A DNA stretch of 64,000 nt, from the NCBI RefSeq assembly GCF_009914755.1, contig NC_060946.1; one strand, 5' to 3'. Both the position numbers and the translations under genes were made by a program. This document shows, in pieces, positions 13,321 through 27,252 of the stretch (the first letter of the stretch is position 1; the number at the start of each line of letters is the position of its first letter). A model generated the notes under the pieces. It was not told the origin of the DNA. It was given only the letters and a program-made list of their open reading frames with translations, and ran no database searches. The stretch comes from the human T2T-CHM13v2.0 reference genome, Homo sapiens.

Positions 13321-13415
13321 CCACAGTAGCAAGTCCACAGGGCCCATAGGCACTAGAGTCAGACAGGTCCACAGTAGCAAGTCCACAGGGCCCATAGGCA
13401 CTAGAGTCAGACAGG
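13321..13415. repeat. 48-bp tandem duplication overlapping the head of a + strand MIR (MIR extends to about 13580)
   Basis: ccacagtagcaagtccacagggcccataggcactagagtcagacagg(t) x2. Confidence 0.95.
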
Positions 13416-14809
13416 CCCCAGCCCCAGTCCCGCTCTGCTTCTTGCAGGCTGCGTGACTTTGAACATGTCCTTTGCCTTGCTCAGTTTGTGTTTTACCTCT
13501 TAAATAGGTGAGAGCTGCTGTTTGCTTTAGATCAGGATTAAGAAACGTGATGCGTGTATGTGAGTACTGCGGTCAACACTGGGAAGTGTTTCTTGGTTGG
13601 GGTGTGCTCATTCCTATCTGTTGAATGAACGAATTGGATTTTGTGCAGGTCAGATACGTTGATTTCCTTGTTCAAGGCGGAGAGTTGTGGGCATAGCACA
13701 CACTCGAGCATCTTGCCTCACATTTCAACCCCTCTCATTGGCCCCCTCTCCTGGGCTCATCTTTCCAAAGCACAGCCCTCATGACGTCACTATGTCTGTG
13801 GCTCCATGCTCTGGGTGGAGAGCAGGAGCTGAGGACGCCGAGCTGAGTGATGTGGAGGATGGGACAAAACAGCCACCGAACGTGGCTGAGTACCAGCGTG
13901 TGTTCAGCTGATTCGTTTGGGCTGGAGTGAAATGGGTCATCTACCCATTAGGGATCTAATTGGAAATAATACTGTGCAATTTAATACAGTGATTTCTTAA
14001 CATTTTTTTAGCCCAAATTAGCAAAATGCTTCAAAATGTTACAGGCAAGTGAAGTGGAAATAATTGAATCCCAGGAAAGGATAAATGGATTGTATTGGAA
14101 TATTTCAAGGAGGAATTTCTGATCAGCTTAGGAAGCGAAGGGGTTATCCTTGTGATATTTTATTGAACCACAAAATGTTATTTATAACCCATGTCAGGAG
14201 CAATTAAACTGATTGATGATTAAGGAAGTTTAATAGTTGAATAATAAGACGCGGCTTTTGAGAGCTGTTTTTTCTCATTCTGGAAGCGTATTTCGTGAGT
14301 CTAGTAACAGTGTTAAGGACAGGCCATTGCTATGCTGTGGGGTCATTATGTGGTGGTAATGTTCAGCGTAGTGTTACGTGGTATGTTACTTATAAAAAAT
14401 TAAAAATTAAAATACCAATTATGTTTGTTTGATTTGTTATTGAAGTGGTTTGTTAATTTTGATTTACCCAAAGCAGGGTTAATTACTACATATTGATATA
14501 TTTGATTAAAAGTACGCTAACGATGAATAAGAAAGGCCAAACAAAATAAATTATTTTCCACTCACCCTGAATAGTTTCAGAATTTTAGCAGTCTTTCATG
14601 TTTATGTAAAAAGGCAGCTTCACACTGGAAGGATTTGCCGTGATTGGCAGCTTCTTAGGCATATGTATCAGCAGAGGCCGTATTTGCATTTTGAAAACAA
14701 CCTATGCTACTCACCTTGACACGTTTTCGTTTGTGTGTGTGTGGTAGTATTTGTCTTTATGAGCCATTTCTTATGTTCGGGAAGATTAATAAATTAAAAT
14801 TCTTTCTTT

Positions 14810-15320
14810 TAGAAATAAGCAGACATGTTACAAAGTAGGAAACACAAATGACTAATAAGCTGAAAAAACCGTCTAACTTCACAGGTAATGAAAATGCAAA
14901 TTGAACCAATAATGCAGTTCTATTTTTGTCTATCAAATCATCACAAATTAAAAAAGATAATACTCAGTGCTCTTCAGGTGAGGTGAAGTTGACACTCTTC
15001 CAGTCTTTTGCTGTGAAACAACCATTCTGGAAAGCAGTTTGCTGGCCACTGAACAGCCCAGTGCCTCCCTGTCCCGAGGACATAGAAGGTGATGTGTGTG
15101 AAGGCTGAGCACGGGGCTCCCTGTGGAGGCAAATGTTTGCATGAGTTGAGGCTTGAACCAGCCCAGATGCCCACCGATAGAGGAAGTTTAAAGCCATTGG
15201 GTACATTGATTTCTGTGTCGCCCTAAACATGATTTCATAAAAACCTTTTTCAGTATGTGAAAATGATCAGGGTATAAATAAAAACAATAGGACATAAAAC
15301 TTCATATTTAGTCTCAATTC
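14810..15320 (+). mobile_element. L1ME-type 3' fragment
   Basis: gaaacacaaatgactaataagc...aatgcaaattgaac...aaattaaaaaagataatactcagtg...caaccattctggaaagcagttt. Confidence 0.7.
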
Positions 15321-15352
15321 TGGTTTATTGAAAATGTGTGTGTGTGTGTGAA

Positions 15353-15525
15353 TGTTAGGGGGCTGAATTGCTTCCCCAGAATTCATCTGTTGAAGTCCTA
15401 ACCCCTAATACCACAGAAGATGTTTGGAGATAGGGTCTTTAAAGAGGTAATAAAGATAAAGTGAGGCCATTAGGGTGTGCCCTAACCCCATGGAACTGAT
15501 GTCCTAATAAGAAGAAGAGATGTGG
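15353..15525 (+). mobile_element. MLT1 (ERVL-MaLR) LTR, 5' half
   Basis: gctgaattg...aattcatctgttgaagtcctaacccc...tttggagatagggtctttaaagaggtaa...gtcctaataagaagaagaga. Confidence 0.85.
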
Positions 15526-15645
15526 GGCCAGGCACAGTGGCTCACGCCTGTAATCCCAGCTCTTTGGGAGGCTGAGGTGGGCACATCACTAGGTCAGGAG
15601 ATCGAGACCGTCCTGGCTAACACGGTGAAACCCTGTCTCCACTAA
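15526..15645 (+). mobile_element. AluY-like left arm only (3' truncated)
   Basis: ggccaggcacagtggctcac...ggagatcgagaccgtcctggctaacacggtgaaaccctgtctccactaa, then an abrupt end. Confidence 0.9.
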
Positions 15646-16475
15646 TGGATGATTTAATTTTCTTTTTTAAGCTTTTCTGTATTCTCCAAATTACTTACAA
15701 GTATCATGTAATAAAGCATTATTGGGAGGTTTCCTTCTTTGTCCGTATAGAGAGACTTAGAAGAAGCAGAGAGAAGCCACTTCCTTTTCAGGGGTCAACC
15801 TGGTCAGCTCTGAGTTGAAGGCGTTGTGCTGGGATGTGTAGTGCCCTGTCAAGCCCGAAAGTTGAGTGCGTCTCGTGTGGTGTGTGCAGAAGCCTGTGGG
15901 CCTGTGGTCCGCCGTCTGTGGGGCGCGTTCCCCTCAGCGTGGCAGTGGTGGTACACACAGGCCACTGTGAGATGGCCGAGGGGTGTGAGTGAGGAGACAC
16001 TAGGGGCTTTAGGTGAGGCACTTCCTCTGTCTTTCAGATGGAGGCTTAGATTCTAAACCAGCACAGACTGTTGAGCACAGACTTTCCGGGATTTACATGT
16101 TTTTTGTGTTGCTGGTTAGGCTGGGGCCAGATCCGGCCTGAACTAAGTTCCAGAAGGGTGTGTGGGAGTCGGGCAGGTAAGAAACAAGGAACCCAGGGAA
16201 AGGCTGGGGTGCAGCCAGCCCTGGCAGCGCTGGGCAGAGGCCATGGCAGGTCCCTGAAGGCTCGCCTGTGGAGGCCTTGCTCTGAAGACAGTGGGGAACC
16301 TCGAGACCTTTCTGTTAGAGAGGGACGCGGTCTCCACCTTCCAGCCAGCTGATGTACCCATTGCAGGCACCAGGTGTGATGGGCCAGGGGACCCCATGAA
16401 AGCACCCCTCTTCACCTGGGCATATAGCTGTTTGGAAATAAAACAAAAGTCTGCAGAGGGAGGTTTGAGTAGTGC

Positions 16476-16846
16476 TGTATTAGTCTGTTCCCACACTCTG
16501 TAAAGAATACTACCTGAGACTAGGTCATTATAAAGGAAAGAGGTTTAACTGACTCACAGTTCTGCAGGCTTAACAGGAAGCATGGCTGGAAGGCCTTAGG
16601 AAACTTACAATCATGGTGGAAGGCGAAGGGAAAGCAGGCATCTTCTTCACAAGGCAGCAGGAGAGAGTGAGTGCCAGCAGGGGAAATGTCGGATGCTTAT
16701 AAGACCAGCACATCTCGTGAGAACTCACTGTCACAAGAATAGCATGGGGGAGACTGCCCCCCGATTCAATCACCTCCCTCCCTGAACACGTGGGGATTAC
16801 AATTGGAGATGAGACTTGGGTGGGGGCACAGAACCAAACCATATCA
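16476..16846 (-). mobile_element. THE1D/MST-type solo LTR with 5-bp TSD AGTGC
   Basis: tgtattagtc...ccaaaccatatca termini. agtgc is present at 16471-16475 and 16847-16851. Confidence 0.92.
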
Positions 16847-19444
16847 AGTGCCTTGACTACCAGTCAGCAGATGGGTTGGAACTGGCTCGGGATCCCAGAA
16901 TGAGGACAGCGTGGGCCAGCTAAGCTGAGTGGGGCCTTCCAGCGCCGGAGACGCCATGCTGGGCAGGCGAGAGGTGAGGCTGTGCCTGGGCTGCTTATGT
17001 GAGGAAGCGGATCACACCTCTTGCAGCCACCCAGCACCCAGTTTGCCTCCTCGAGGGGAGGGACGGCCATCAAACAGTGTGCATGGAACACGTTTCTAAC
17101 AATAGTGGACAGATCCATTTGCAGATGATGGAGGGTGGACTGGAGCTGGGGCATCAGAGGCAGGAGGCATAGGATAGCCCCCTGAACTGGTGATAGCAGA
17201 ACCCCCACAGAGCACCCTGCATCTCCTGCATTTCTCGGGGGTTGGGGGAGTGATGGGGTAGGCCTGGGGGCTCCTGGAGGAGGGTGCTGCCTGGATGGGG
17301 TTTCTGCAGGTCGGGGAGCAGTTACAGTGTTGAGTGTGGCTCTCATCAGGGAGCCCTGAGGGCTTGGCCCAAGGATTGACCATTTCTTTTATATTTCTAC
17401 ATGGCACCCTGCTCTGGCGGTTGTGACCTCCTGGGAGTTTCGTAGAACCAGGGAGGTTTATTGATCAGGTCCATTCAGTCCTCTATTTGGTTCCCTTTGG
17501 GGCTGGAGGTACAAGCTGGCTGCCTGTTCTGAGTGGCTGTGCAAACCTTGTGACCCCCAGCCCCTTCACGTCTCCCTGTGGCTGGGGTCCCAGGGCAGCC
17601 TGTATCCTCTCTGCACCGTGGCTGCTCAACCATCAGTCGTTACATTGGGATGGGACAGGGGGCTCGGCATATGCATGTGGAGAGGCCGCCACCTTGTCCA
17701 CCTGGGTGTCCGTCTCACCGTTGGAGAGCTGGGAGTCCTGGCCAGTTCCACCTGTTCAATGTGTGATGCAGAGTTAATTCTCCAGCCCATCTTCACTCAG
17801 CCAGCCTCCGTGTCTACTTGGCACAAGGATTAGCTCTTCATGCATAAGCGTTTTGTAGCAGGGCGTCTCTAGCCCTGTGCCCAGCGTCGGGACTTTTCCC
17901 CCAGCTGCTGGAACAGTTTTCTGTGTTCCAAAGGAGACAGCAGGCTTTGCTTCTTTTAAAAAGTTGCTGTTCGACCTTTGCCTTACCCGTAGACTTACTG
18001 GATTGGAGGGAATTAGCATTTCTTTCTAGAAAGGAGAATCACTCTGTTTACTTTGAATGTGCTCCTGCCTAGGCCTGCGGTTCCTGAAACAGAGCAGCAG
18101 CCTTCTCATTGTCTGAGTACCTTCATGAAATGCATGGAGACACAAGATGTTTTCACGACACAATACACCATGCTCATTCTTCCCGCTGCTTGTGAAGCGG
18201 GAAGCTCTCCTTCTAATTCAGTATAAAATGAAACGGGCATTGGCTGTCGCTCACTGAGGTGGCTTCAGTTATGAGAATGTGTGCTCCCGGCCGTCTCTCC
18301 TGACAGCTCAGCCAGACAGAGCGTTTCTTGTTGGTTTTCGCTTTCCTGGATGAGGAACTGTGGGGCTTTAGGATCTTGCCCTGTGTTTTCCGTTCTACCC
18401 AACAAAAAACTAAAACCAAAGCAACCCCTAAACTACGTGACTGATGGATGATGAGTTTGTGAGGAGTCTGTGGTATGGGGCTGGTGTGAGGGTGGCACAA
18501 GAGAAGGACACACACACTTTGGGTCTTGCCTGGACTCAGCCATGGAGCTAGACATGCAGTGTTGTGAACAGTGGGTCCTGACACCGACCCGCAGGTTGGT
18601 TGGCGGGGCCAGGTGCAGGTGGTGTCAGGACACAGGGTGTGGGTGTGGCTGCCGCAGCGGGCAGCATTGCCACCTCCCTATGAGCCTTGGCCCTCTGCCT
18701 CTGTGCTGTGACTTTTGTGGTCCCTGGTTTGAGAGGCCTGCTGGGAGTCAGGCTGTTTCCTTGCTGCCACACTGGAGACAGACAGACCCCAGGAGGGAAA
18801 GGTCCATTTCCTGGTCCCTTGTGCCGGTGGCCTCTCTGTCCCCTCCCCTGTCCTTCGGCTCGGTTCTGGTGCCCAGGATTGCCATGGACCTCTGATTCAC
18901 TCTGATTCTGCTTGGTCAGAGCCGGCCAAGCCCAGCCGCGCCTCCTGGCTTTCTGGGCAGCCTGGCACCCGTCAGTTCACTCTTGTCGGGAGGTTTTCCT
19001 ATGACTTACTGTCAGCCTGGACTTGGCTTTTCCAGACTCCACGTTTTCTAATGACCTGCCATCGGCATTTGCTTTTTTGACATTTACTTGGCTTCTTGGC
19101 CCTCGAAACTGACTGGGTTCACTTAGCCTTTTTAGCACTGCCTTCAGACACCTCTGAAAGTCTCCTTTAGCTTTGTCCACAGGCTCCTTTTGAATTCTTC
19201 TGGCCCAAACCTGCATCAGCTAAGAGCCCTGGTTCCTTGTAGCAGAGGATGGTGTCAAAGACTAACATCTCGTTAGTTAGCAGGGGAATCACACAGTGGG
19301 ACTGACTGCTAGTGATGGAGCAGGCAAAAGGGCCTGAGTCTCTTCTGTTACCTCCAATTTAACTAAGTGCTTCTTACCTGCCTCCAACAGGAATGTTGTT
19401 ATTAGTGCGTTTTTCACGGTCTTTGGTACTGGCCTGTTATATAG

Positions 19445-19783
<339 letters not shown>

Positions 19784-19881
19784 TCTTGGCGTCTTTTGGC
19801 CCTTTGGCAGTGTCCCCAACCAGGCAGTCTGCTCTGCCACTACCACACAGGCATAGCTGAGGACAAAAGATACCCAGTCCA

Positions 19882-20197
19882 GGCCAGGCACGGCGTGGTG
19901 GCTCATGCCTGTAATCCCAGCATTTTTGGAGGCCGAGGCGGGTGGATCACGAGGTCAGGAGATTGAGACCATCCTGGCTAACACGGTGAAACGCTGTCTC
20001 GACTAAAAAATACAAAAAATTAGCCAGGCGTGGTGGCGGGTGCCTGTAGTCCCAGCTACTTGGGAGGCTGAGGCAGGAGAATGGCGTGAACCCAGGAGGC
20101 GGAGCTTGCAGTGAGCCAGTGAGCCGAGACTGTGCCACTACACTCCAGCCTGGGAGACAGAGCGAGACACCATCTCAAAAAAAAAAAAAAAAAAAAA
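19882..20197 (+). mobile_element. AluY with TSD aaaagatacccagtcc
   Basis: Y diagnostics, poly(A) tail, TSD on both sides and two small internal duplications. Confidence 0.95.
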
Positions 20198-21519
20198 GAT
20201 ACCCAGTCCGTAGCTAAGAGGACACATCTCAGAGACAAGAAAAAAAAAACAAAACCCGTGCCCAGGACTCCTTCATGGAAGATACAAACAGAGATCTTTG
20301 AAGCCTCATTTTGAGGCTTAAACTCTTCATTTTCTTGGTAATTAGTGTCAGTCAATTTACTTTTTATCCTAGGCAGCTTTCATATTGAACTCTAATTTCT
20401 AGACTGCTTTTGAGTAAACAGAGATATTCATTGTACCATAATATTAAGACAATCTTGTTTTGTAAAAAATCAGTCAAGAACTTTGGAAAATATGGCAAAT
20501 GATGTCAAGAATCATCCACCTTCCTTATGTATTTGTCCTCAGATTCAATTTGAGTAATTGCTGTAGATTCACACCTAAGTTCTGCCGCAGCCAGCTCAAA
20601 GACACCAGCACCTTAGCTCATAGTGCATTTCCGTGTAATTTTGTATTCACGTTACATTTAGCTTTTCAAGCGACTCCAGACATTTCTGAGACCATCCTTA
20701 GAGCTTGTATCCACATGAAACAAATACAGAAACTTCAGCAAATGTTCATGTGGTTTTAGTGAAGTTTCCAGATTTCCGTATGGCTTGCAACATTTCATGC
20801 TTGAGGCCTTGGTTTTGCATTTTGTAATTCCCATGTGAACATGGCGAAGAAGCTTAAAGTCATTTCTTCAGGTAATTTGTTTGATGGAGACCAGGATTTG
20901 AACCCAGACTTTCCATTCAGTAGCCGTTTTCTTCACTCCAGGACGGGGGCACGGATGGCTCTGTCAGGGTTTGAAAGGGACCCCAAGAGCAGCACAGAGG
21001 AACTCGGTCAGTGGTCTGAGTGCGGCACAATTGATGGCGTCACCAGCGTCAGAGAGGCATGTGAGAGCCCTGGGGAATTTGCTAGCAGAGAGTATTGTGT
21101 GGGTTTGAGTGTGAGTGTGTCTGAGTGTGTATTTTGACAGATTTATCCAGATTGTGTGAGTTGGATTGTTTGGTTTCCTGCATGTTTTCAAAAAGTCACT
21201 GCAGGTTCCTGCAGATTTCGTCAGTGGCAGGTGGTTGAACGTACACTTCACAGGCCTCTTGCAAGTCAGCAGGGCTGACTGTGGCCGGCCCTCTGGTCCT
21301 GGGGGGAGTGTGCTGTCTGGGAGGAGATGCGGGTGTCTCTAGGATCCCAGCGGAGGACAGCTGGCTTCTGCCCAGGATCGGTGCTCGCCACCTCACTGCC
21401 CCTCCTGCTCTGCGTGGCTTTAACTGAGAACCACATGAATCAAAGACGGATTTAAGGAACAGTCACAACTGTGTGGAAAACAGCTAAACTTTACCAGACA
21501 ATAAAGAATGTGAATTAGA

Positions 21520-22120
21520 TCTCACTGTAATGAGAAGTTTTTACCTTGCCAGTGAGCAGAGCTGAAAAGAAGGTCAAGGTGCTGATAAGGGATTGGTGAG
21601 GTGGATGATCTTAGGCCCTGCTGGCTGTAGAATAAACTTCCAACATGTCTTTCACATATTTTACCAATATCTCTCAATAAAATGTTCTACTCTTTCACCT
21701 GCCAATTTCACTTGAGATGTTTGTCTTAAGGAAATCTCTCTGTGTGGATCACATACCTTATAGAGAGAAGAGGCTTACTGGGGCATTCTTTGTAACAGTA
21801 AGATGTTTGAAACGATGCCAGCGTCCCACAGTAAGGGTGCGGCCGTGTAGACGAGGGGATTGCAGTTCTGTAGATAATTATGCAGCATCCTGAGGGATGG
21901 CTTCAAAGAGCATGTTATAAAATGGGAGATCCCTGTTACAAACGTCAGATTCTACAGGGCAGAAATCCAACTGTAGTCATGTAACAGCTGAACAAAACCT
22001 ATGTAGAAACAAATTGGGATAAAATTAGACCAAGAGATATCCTGGCTGTGTTTTACATAACGTATCTGTGGCTAATTTCCCTCTTTATTTAGTATTGTGA
22101 GTTCCTAAAATTTTTTTTGT
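21520..22120 (+). mobile_element. Highly diverged L1ME fragment
   Basis: tcacctgccaatttcacttgagatgtttgtcttaaggaaat and ggcattctttgtaacagtaaga...tgaaac motifs. Confidence 0.5.
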
Positions 22121-22149
22121 GACGATGACTTTAAAAGAATCAGTGCCTG

Positions 22150-22473
<324 letters not shown>

Positions 22474-22520
22474 TTACCCCATGGTGTCTTGGACATGCCC
22501 TATAGACCCTGCCTGGGCCA

Positions 22521-22660
22521 CGCAGTGCTCATCACACTGCCTGCCCTGGGTCCCGCAGTGCTCATCACACTGCCTGCCCTGGGTCCCGCAGTGCTCATCA
22601 CACTGCCTGCCCTGGGTCCCGCAGTGCTCATCACACTGCCTGCCCTGGGTCCCGCAGTGC
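22521..22660. repeat. 33-bp minisatellite, about 4.2 identical copies
   Basis: cgcagtgctcatcacactgcctgccctgggtcc at 22521, 22554, 22587 and 22620, plus a partial copy at 22653. Confidence 0.96.
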
Positions 22661-25600
22661 CCAAGGCTGGAAAGGCCCAGGGAGCCTTCAGAGAGCTCTC
22701 AGGCCTCCACGATTGTGTGGTGTTCTGCTTTCTCCCGGCCAAGTGTATTGGCTCTGAATGGAGCAGGCCCTTGTTCCTGTGCCTTCCCCAGCTCCCAGCG
22801 AGCACTACACATATTGTTCAGGAAAGTAGAAACCTTGGCAAGTATAAAACCCAAGAGACAGGCCATCTTGGAAGCCTGAGAAGGCTCTTCCTTTCTTTTC
22901 ATCCTTGAATCAATGGTGCACAGGGCAATTTGCAGGCATAAGGTGGGATCCTTCTCCGGGCCCAGGTGCCACTCCGGGCAGGACATGGGGTCTTTGGGCT
23001 GAGCAGGCTCTTCTGCATTCTGGGGCCGTGCACCTCCCCTCCCGGCCTCCAAGCTGTATATTGGGGAGGACACAGTGTGGCTGGTGCCGTGGGCAAGCTT
23101 CTCCAGCCTTTGCCTCAGCAGTGGGGAGGCAGGCGCAGGAGCAGGGCATGGGCCCACAGGGACACCTGTTATCTGAAGGCTCTCGGGAGCTGGCTGGCCA
23201 CTGTTCCTTCTATGTGCTCTGATCTTGGGTCCAGCAGGAGCGATGCACGTTTTCATGGGGTGCTGAGATGTTCACTTGTGATAACAGAGCACCAGGACTT
23301 GAGTGTGGGCAACACAGCTGCCTGTTAGTGTGAGGGCCGGGCTCCTGCCCCTCCTTGGCTGCCAGCGGCGTCTGTTTGATTTTCTGGCAGGTGCACAGTA
23401 ATTGGCTGTGCACTTGTTGGAGCCTTGGTTTCATGCTGCTCTGTGTAGGAAGGCTGGGCCATCCGAAACACATTCTTTGTGTGAAGCCTACTTTAGGGTA
23501 GGCATGGAGAACAAGCAGGGCTGTTTGCAAATGATATAGGTATCTGTCACTTAGGAAGAAGTTTATTTGTGGGGCTGTTCTGCAGTCATGCCTTTTGAGT
23601 ACCTTCTGGGCATGTGGAGGCCCCTCTGGCGCTCCCCCACCTACAGATGACCTGCAGAGCATGCGGCCTCTGCCAGCCAGGAAGGCCTGAGAAGCTGGAA
23701 GGGAAGGACCCTCTTTGTTAAAGGGAGGCCCGTATATTCTTTTCAGTGGATCATGTTTCTTTTTGTTGAGAAATTGAAGTGCCATACAATTGATTAAATT
23801 TTTTCAAGCAGAAGTATACTGAAAAACATCCCGAAAGGAAGCAGTCTTAGTTTGCCTTGGCTTTGTGCTATAATATACATGGACCGTCTGTCCAATTTTG
23901 GTTTTGATACAGTAGCCTCATATCCTTCTGTGATTATATCCATCCAGTTTGGATAGTTACAATGTAAGCAGTTTTTTACCTGATTTGTGTGGTCCATTTT
24001 CTGGATGTAATAGAGAGGGAGGAGTGTTTTGAAATGTATCGGTTCTGGATGGATGGGCCAGCAGGGGCACTGAGGGCTGAGGGGTCGAGTTGCCAACCCG
24101 ATTCCTGGCAAGGCCATGCCTGTTGAGTGACCACAGCCAGCCTTTCACGTGGGCTCGTTAGAATTGCGACAGGGGCCACAGCCACGCTGGGCACTGGTGA
24201 GCTGCACGCCCGTTCTTGCTCTGAGCGGTGGGGTTCCCAGCTGGGATGTAAGCAGCACCCACACAGGAGCAGAACTTTGGGGCCGAGCGTCAGAGTGATT
24301 TATCGAAGACCAAGGATTGATGAGGAAAGGGACTTAGGCTTCTGTAAGTGGCTCCAACCAAAGTCACCTTGCTGGAGCGGTCAGTGAACGCTGGATTGTC
24401 AGAGCAGCAAGCTCTTCCAGTTAGCACTTTGGGATGCTAGCTGCCTCATCTGAACAGCAGAGGAACCTGCATTGTGTTTTTCAGTGGGTGTATTTCTTGA
24501 TTTTTCGTTGTGTTATTAACAGTAAAGTGCAAGGACACCTTCTCCACACCAGCGTGCCATTTTGCCATCTGACCTGTGGGGGCGGGGTGCCCTGCCCATT
24601 CTCATTTGTTACGGGGCCTTGTCTTGTTGCTGACTCCCCTGCCAGACGGTGAGCCATGGATGTGCAGGGCCTGGGACTGTTTTTCTCCTGGATTCCGACG
24701 GCCCCCGTCTCGGTACCGGCTGCACTGTCTGGGCTCGGCAGAGCTCTGTGGGTTTTAAAGCCTTCGGCGTGCTTTGTCAGATTGTTTTGCAGAATGCATT
24801 CGTCATCTCCGGAGCAGCAAATGGAGAACTGTGTTTTGAGTGGTCCTTGTGCTTCAGAGGGTCTGTTTCTTGTTACTTGTGTCAGTGGGGGAATCTTGGC
24901 CAGTTTTATTGGTGAGCTTGGTGAATCTTACTGAATTTATTTAGTAACTAATACACACAGGCAGAGCCTTGAGCAGGGGTGACATCTCGGCAGCAGGCAC
25001 GACGTCTGCCTCATCCCGTCCCTGTGGCCGGTGGCCTGGTGTGGGGTTTCGTGATGGTGCAGTCATTGGTTCTCCGGCAGTGTGTTTGCTACCTGGAGGG
25101 GCAGCTGTGGTGGGCCCACATCTTCCTCCTGTGCCTCAGCAGTGCTGGGCCAGCAGGCCCCAGGTGGCAGCATCTCCACCCGCCTGTGCCCACCTCGTTT
25201 CCACAGCGCTGGCTTCATCACGTCCCTCCCTGACACCTGCCCAGGTGCGGTGGGCTGGCTCCTCACACCTCCCGCAGCCATGGCACTCTCCTGGGGCCCT
25301 GTGCTGAGGGTACCACTCTAACAAACAGCTGTCTTCTAGCGCTTCCCGTCCCTCTACAGGGAAGTCTCTGGGGCCTCCGCATCACGCTCCCCACAAGCTC
25401 TTCCTCCTCTTTCCGTCTGTGAACTTTCTGCCTTCCTTCCCATCACCTGCGCTCTATCCGATCCTGCCGCCCTCCAGGCTTGGTTGGAATGCCAGTGGCC
25501 CTGTGCTCATGCTTTCCAGCCCGGTCGGGCTCCGTGCCTTCTGCCCCATCACCCTGTTCATTCTCCACCTGGCAGGTTCCAGCTCACACAGCACGGCTGT

Positions 25601-27050
25601 GTGAGCTGCGTCCCTCTGTAACAGACGGTCGAAAGCATCGGGAGAGCCCATGAGTCTGTGAGTCAGAGGAGCACATGGGCACGGCCTCTCTTCCAGGCAC
25701 TAACATGTTCTTTGTTTCGTCCTCGCTTTTCTCCCCGTCCCACAGTTTCTCACACATAGAAGTGTTTGATATTTGTTAATAGAAGAAATCACTGTTTCAA
25801 CAAACAGCTTTTCTATGAACCACAACTCCTACTCACAGCATTATTGAAACATTAAAGATCCACTCAAGCCACAAGAATACTATGAGATTGGAATTTTTGC
25901 TTTTTGCAAAAGTGACCTCATCAAAACGAGGACGGCAAAAGATACAGAAGGTTTCTTTCACTTTTTACCGCAGTATCTATCCCACAGTTGATATTTTCCC
26001 AAGTGTTGCCTGCAGACTTTTTCCACATGGAATTTGGTACCAAGTTCTTTGTACAAAAAGTAGGCCAGCTGCTTCACAGACACTGTCCTGTTCCCAGGCC
26101 CCGAGGCCTCCTGCTTTGGGTTTTGGGGTTGGAGACTCCTGACTGCGGGTCTGCTTGCGGGTGGTGGGATGGGAAACAGCTATGCTGTTGGTGAGAAGAG
26201 TGTGTCGGTTCTCATCATTTGGGATCACTCTTGGGGCTGGCAGTTGATCGCTGGAGCTGGTCTGATGCTGCCACCTCGTCTAGCCATGCTGAGGGCGTTG
26301 TCCTTGTCCTGTGATAATTGTCTGCCAACGTCTCGCCCTCCCACCGTATGCCCGCACTTGTGGGCTGCAGGCGGATGGCCCAAGCTTACAGCCGTGGAGC
26401 AGAGTCGGGAACTGTGACTGTGGTTCAGTCTGTGTAACCTTGATTGAGTTGAACGTTATCCATATAAGAATTAAACATTCCCGCACTAGAGCCATTTGAT
26501 CATAACGTTAGTTGTTTTTGCTGAACCAAAGAGTTTGGCGAATTTATAGTCTTGAGTTGTTATGCCACTCTCACCAAGGCAGGACTTTTTTCTCCATCCT
26601 GGAACCCAAATGTACTTAATGAAGTGTTCAAATCTCTCTCACCAAAGTACTGGAGTTTCCAATTTAAAACTCCCAAGTTGGGAAATGCAAAAGATTAGAT
26701 CCATAGAGCAATTCCATCTTGCTTATAAAACAGAACATTTTTGATTACCAGTTAAGCTCCTAATTAAGTGAAGAGGCTTATTGCAGGGTTTGTGCAGTGC
26801 GGGTGATGAATGTGGTGGTAACGGCAATAGCTCCCTCCTTGGCACTCCCCGTCGGGGCTGGCTCTTACCGACAGCGTTTGTGCTATAGGTGACTGCTCTC
26901 CATACCTTGCTACCAGTGTCCTGGAATTCTTTGAAATGAAAGGAGCTGTTTACATTGGAGGGATTTTCCCCTTTCCCCAGTACCAAGCTCTTCCATGTAG
27001 TTTAATATGAGAGAGAACTTAACCCGCATCAAGCCTTTTTGTTTTCGAGA

Positions 27051-27252
27051 ACCCCCTGGTAATTACAAGCTACGATTCCATTGCACCCCCTGGTAATTAC
27101 AAGCTATGATTCCAGTGCACCCCCTGGTAATTACAAGCTATGATTCCATTGCACCCCCTGGTAATTACAAGCTACGATTCCAGTGCACCCCCTGGTAATT
27201 ACAAACTATGATTCCAGTGCACCCCCTGGTAATTACAAGCTACGATTCCAGT
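27051..27252. repeat. 34-bp minisatellite, about 6 copies
   Basis: accccctggtaattacaagctaYgattccaKtgc at 27051, 27085, 27119, 27153, 27187 and 27221. Confidence 0.97.

Noticed and set aside
20860-20877. Possible recursive splice site (tttcttcAG|GTaatt); similar AG|GT motifs near 5865, 14977, 38217 and 52415
   Set aside because: The pyrimidine tracts are short or the donors weak. Such motifs are expected by chance in 64 kb and cannot be supported without nascent RNA data.
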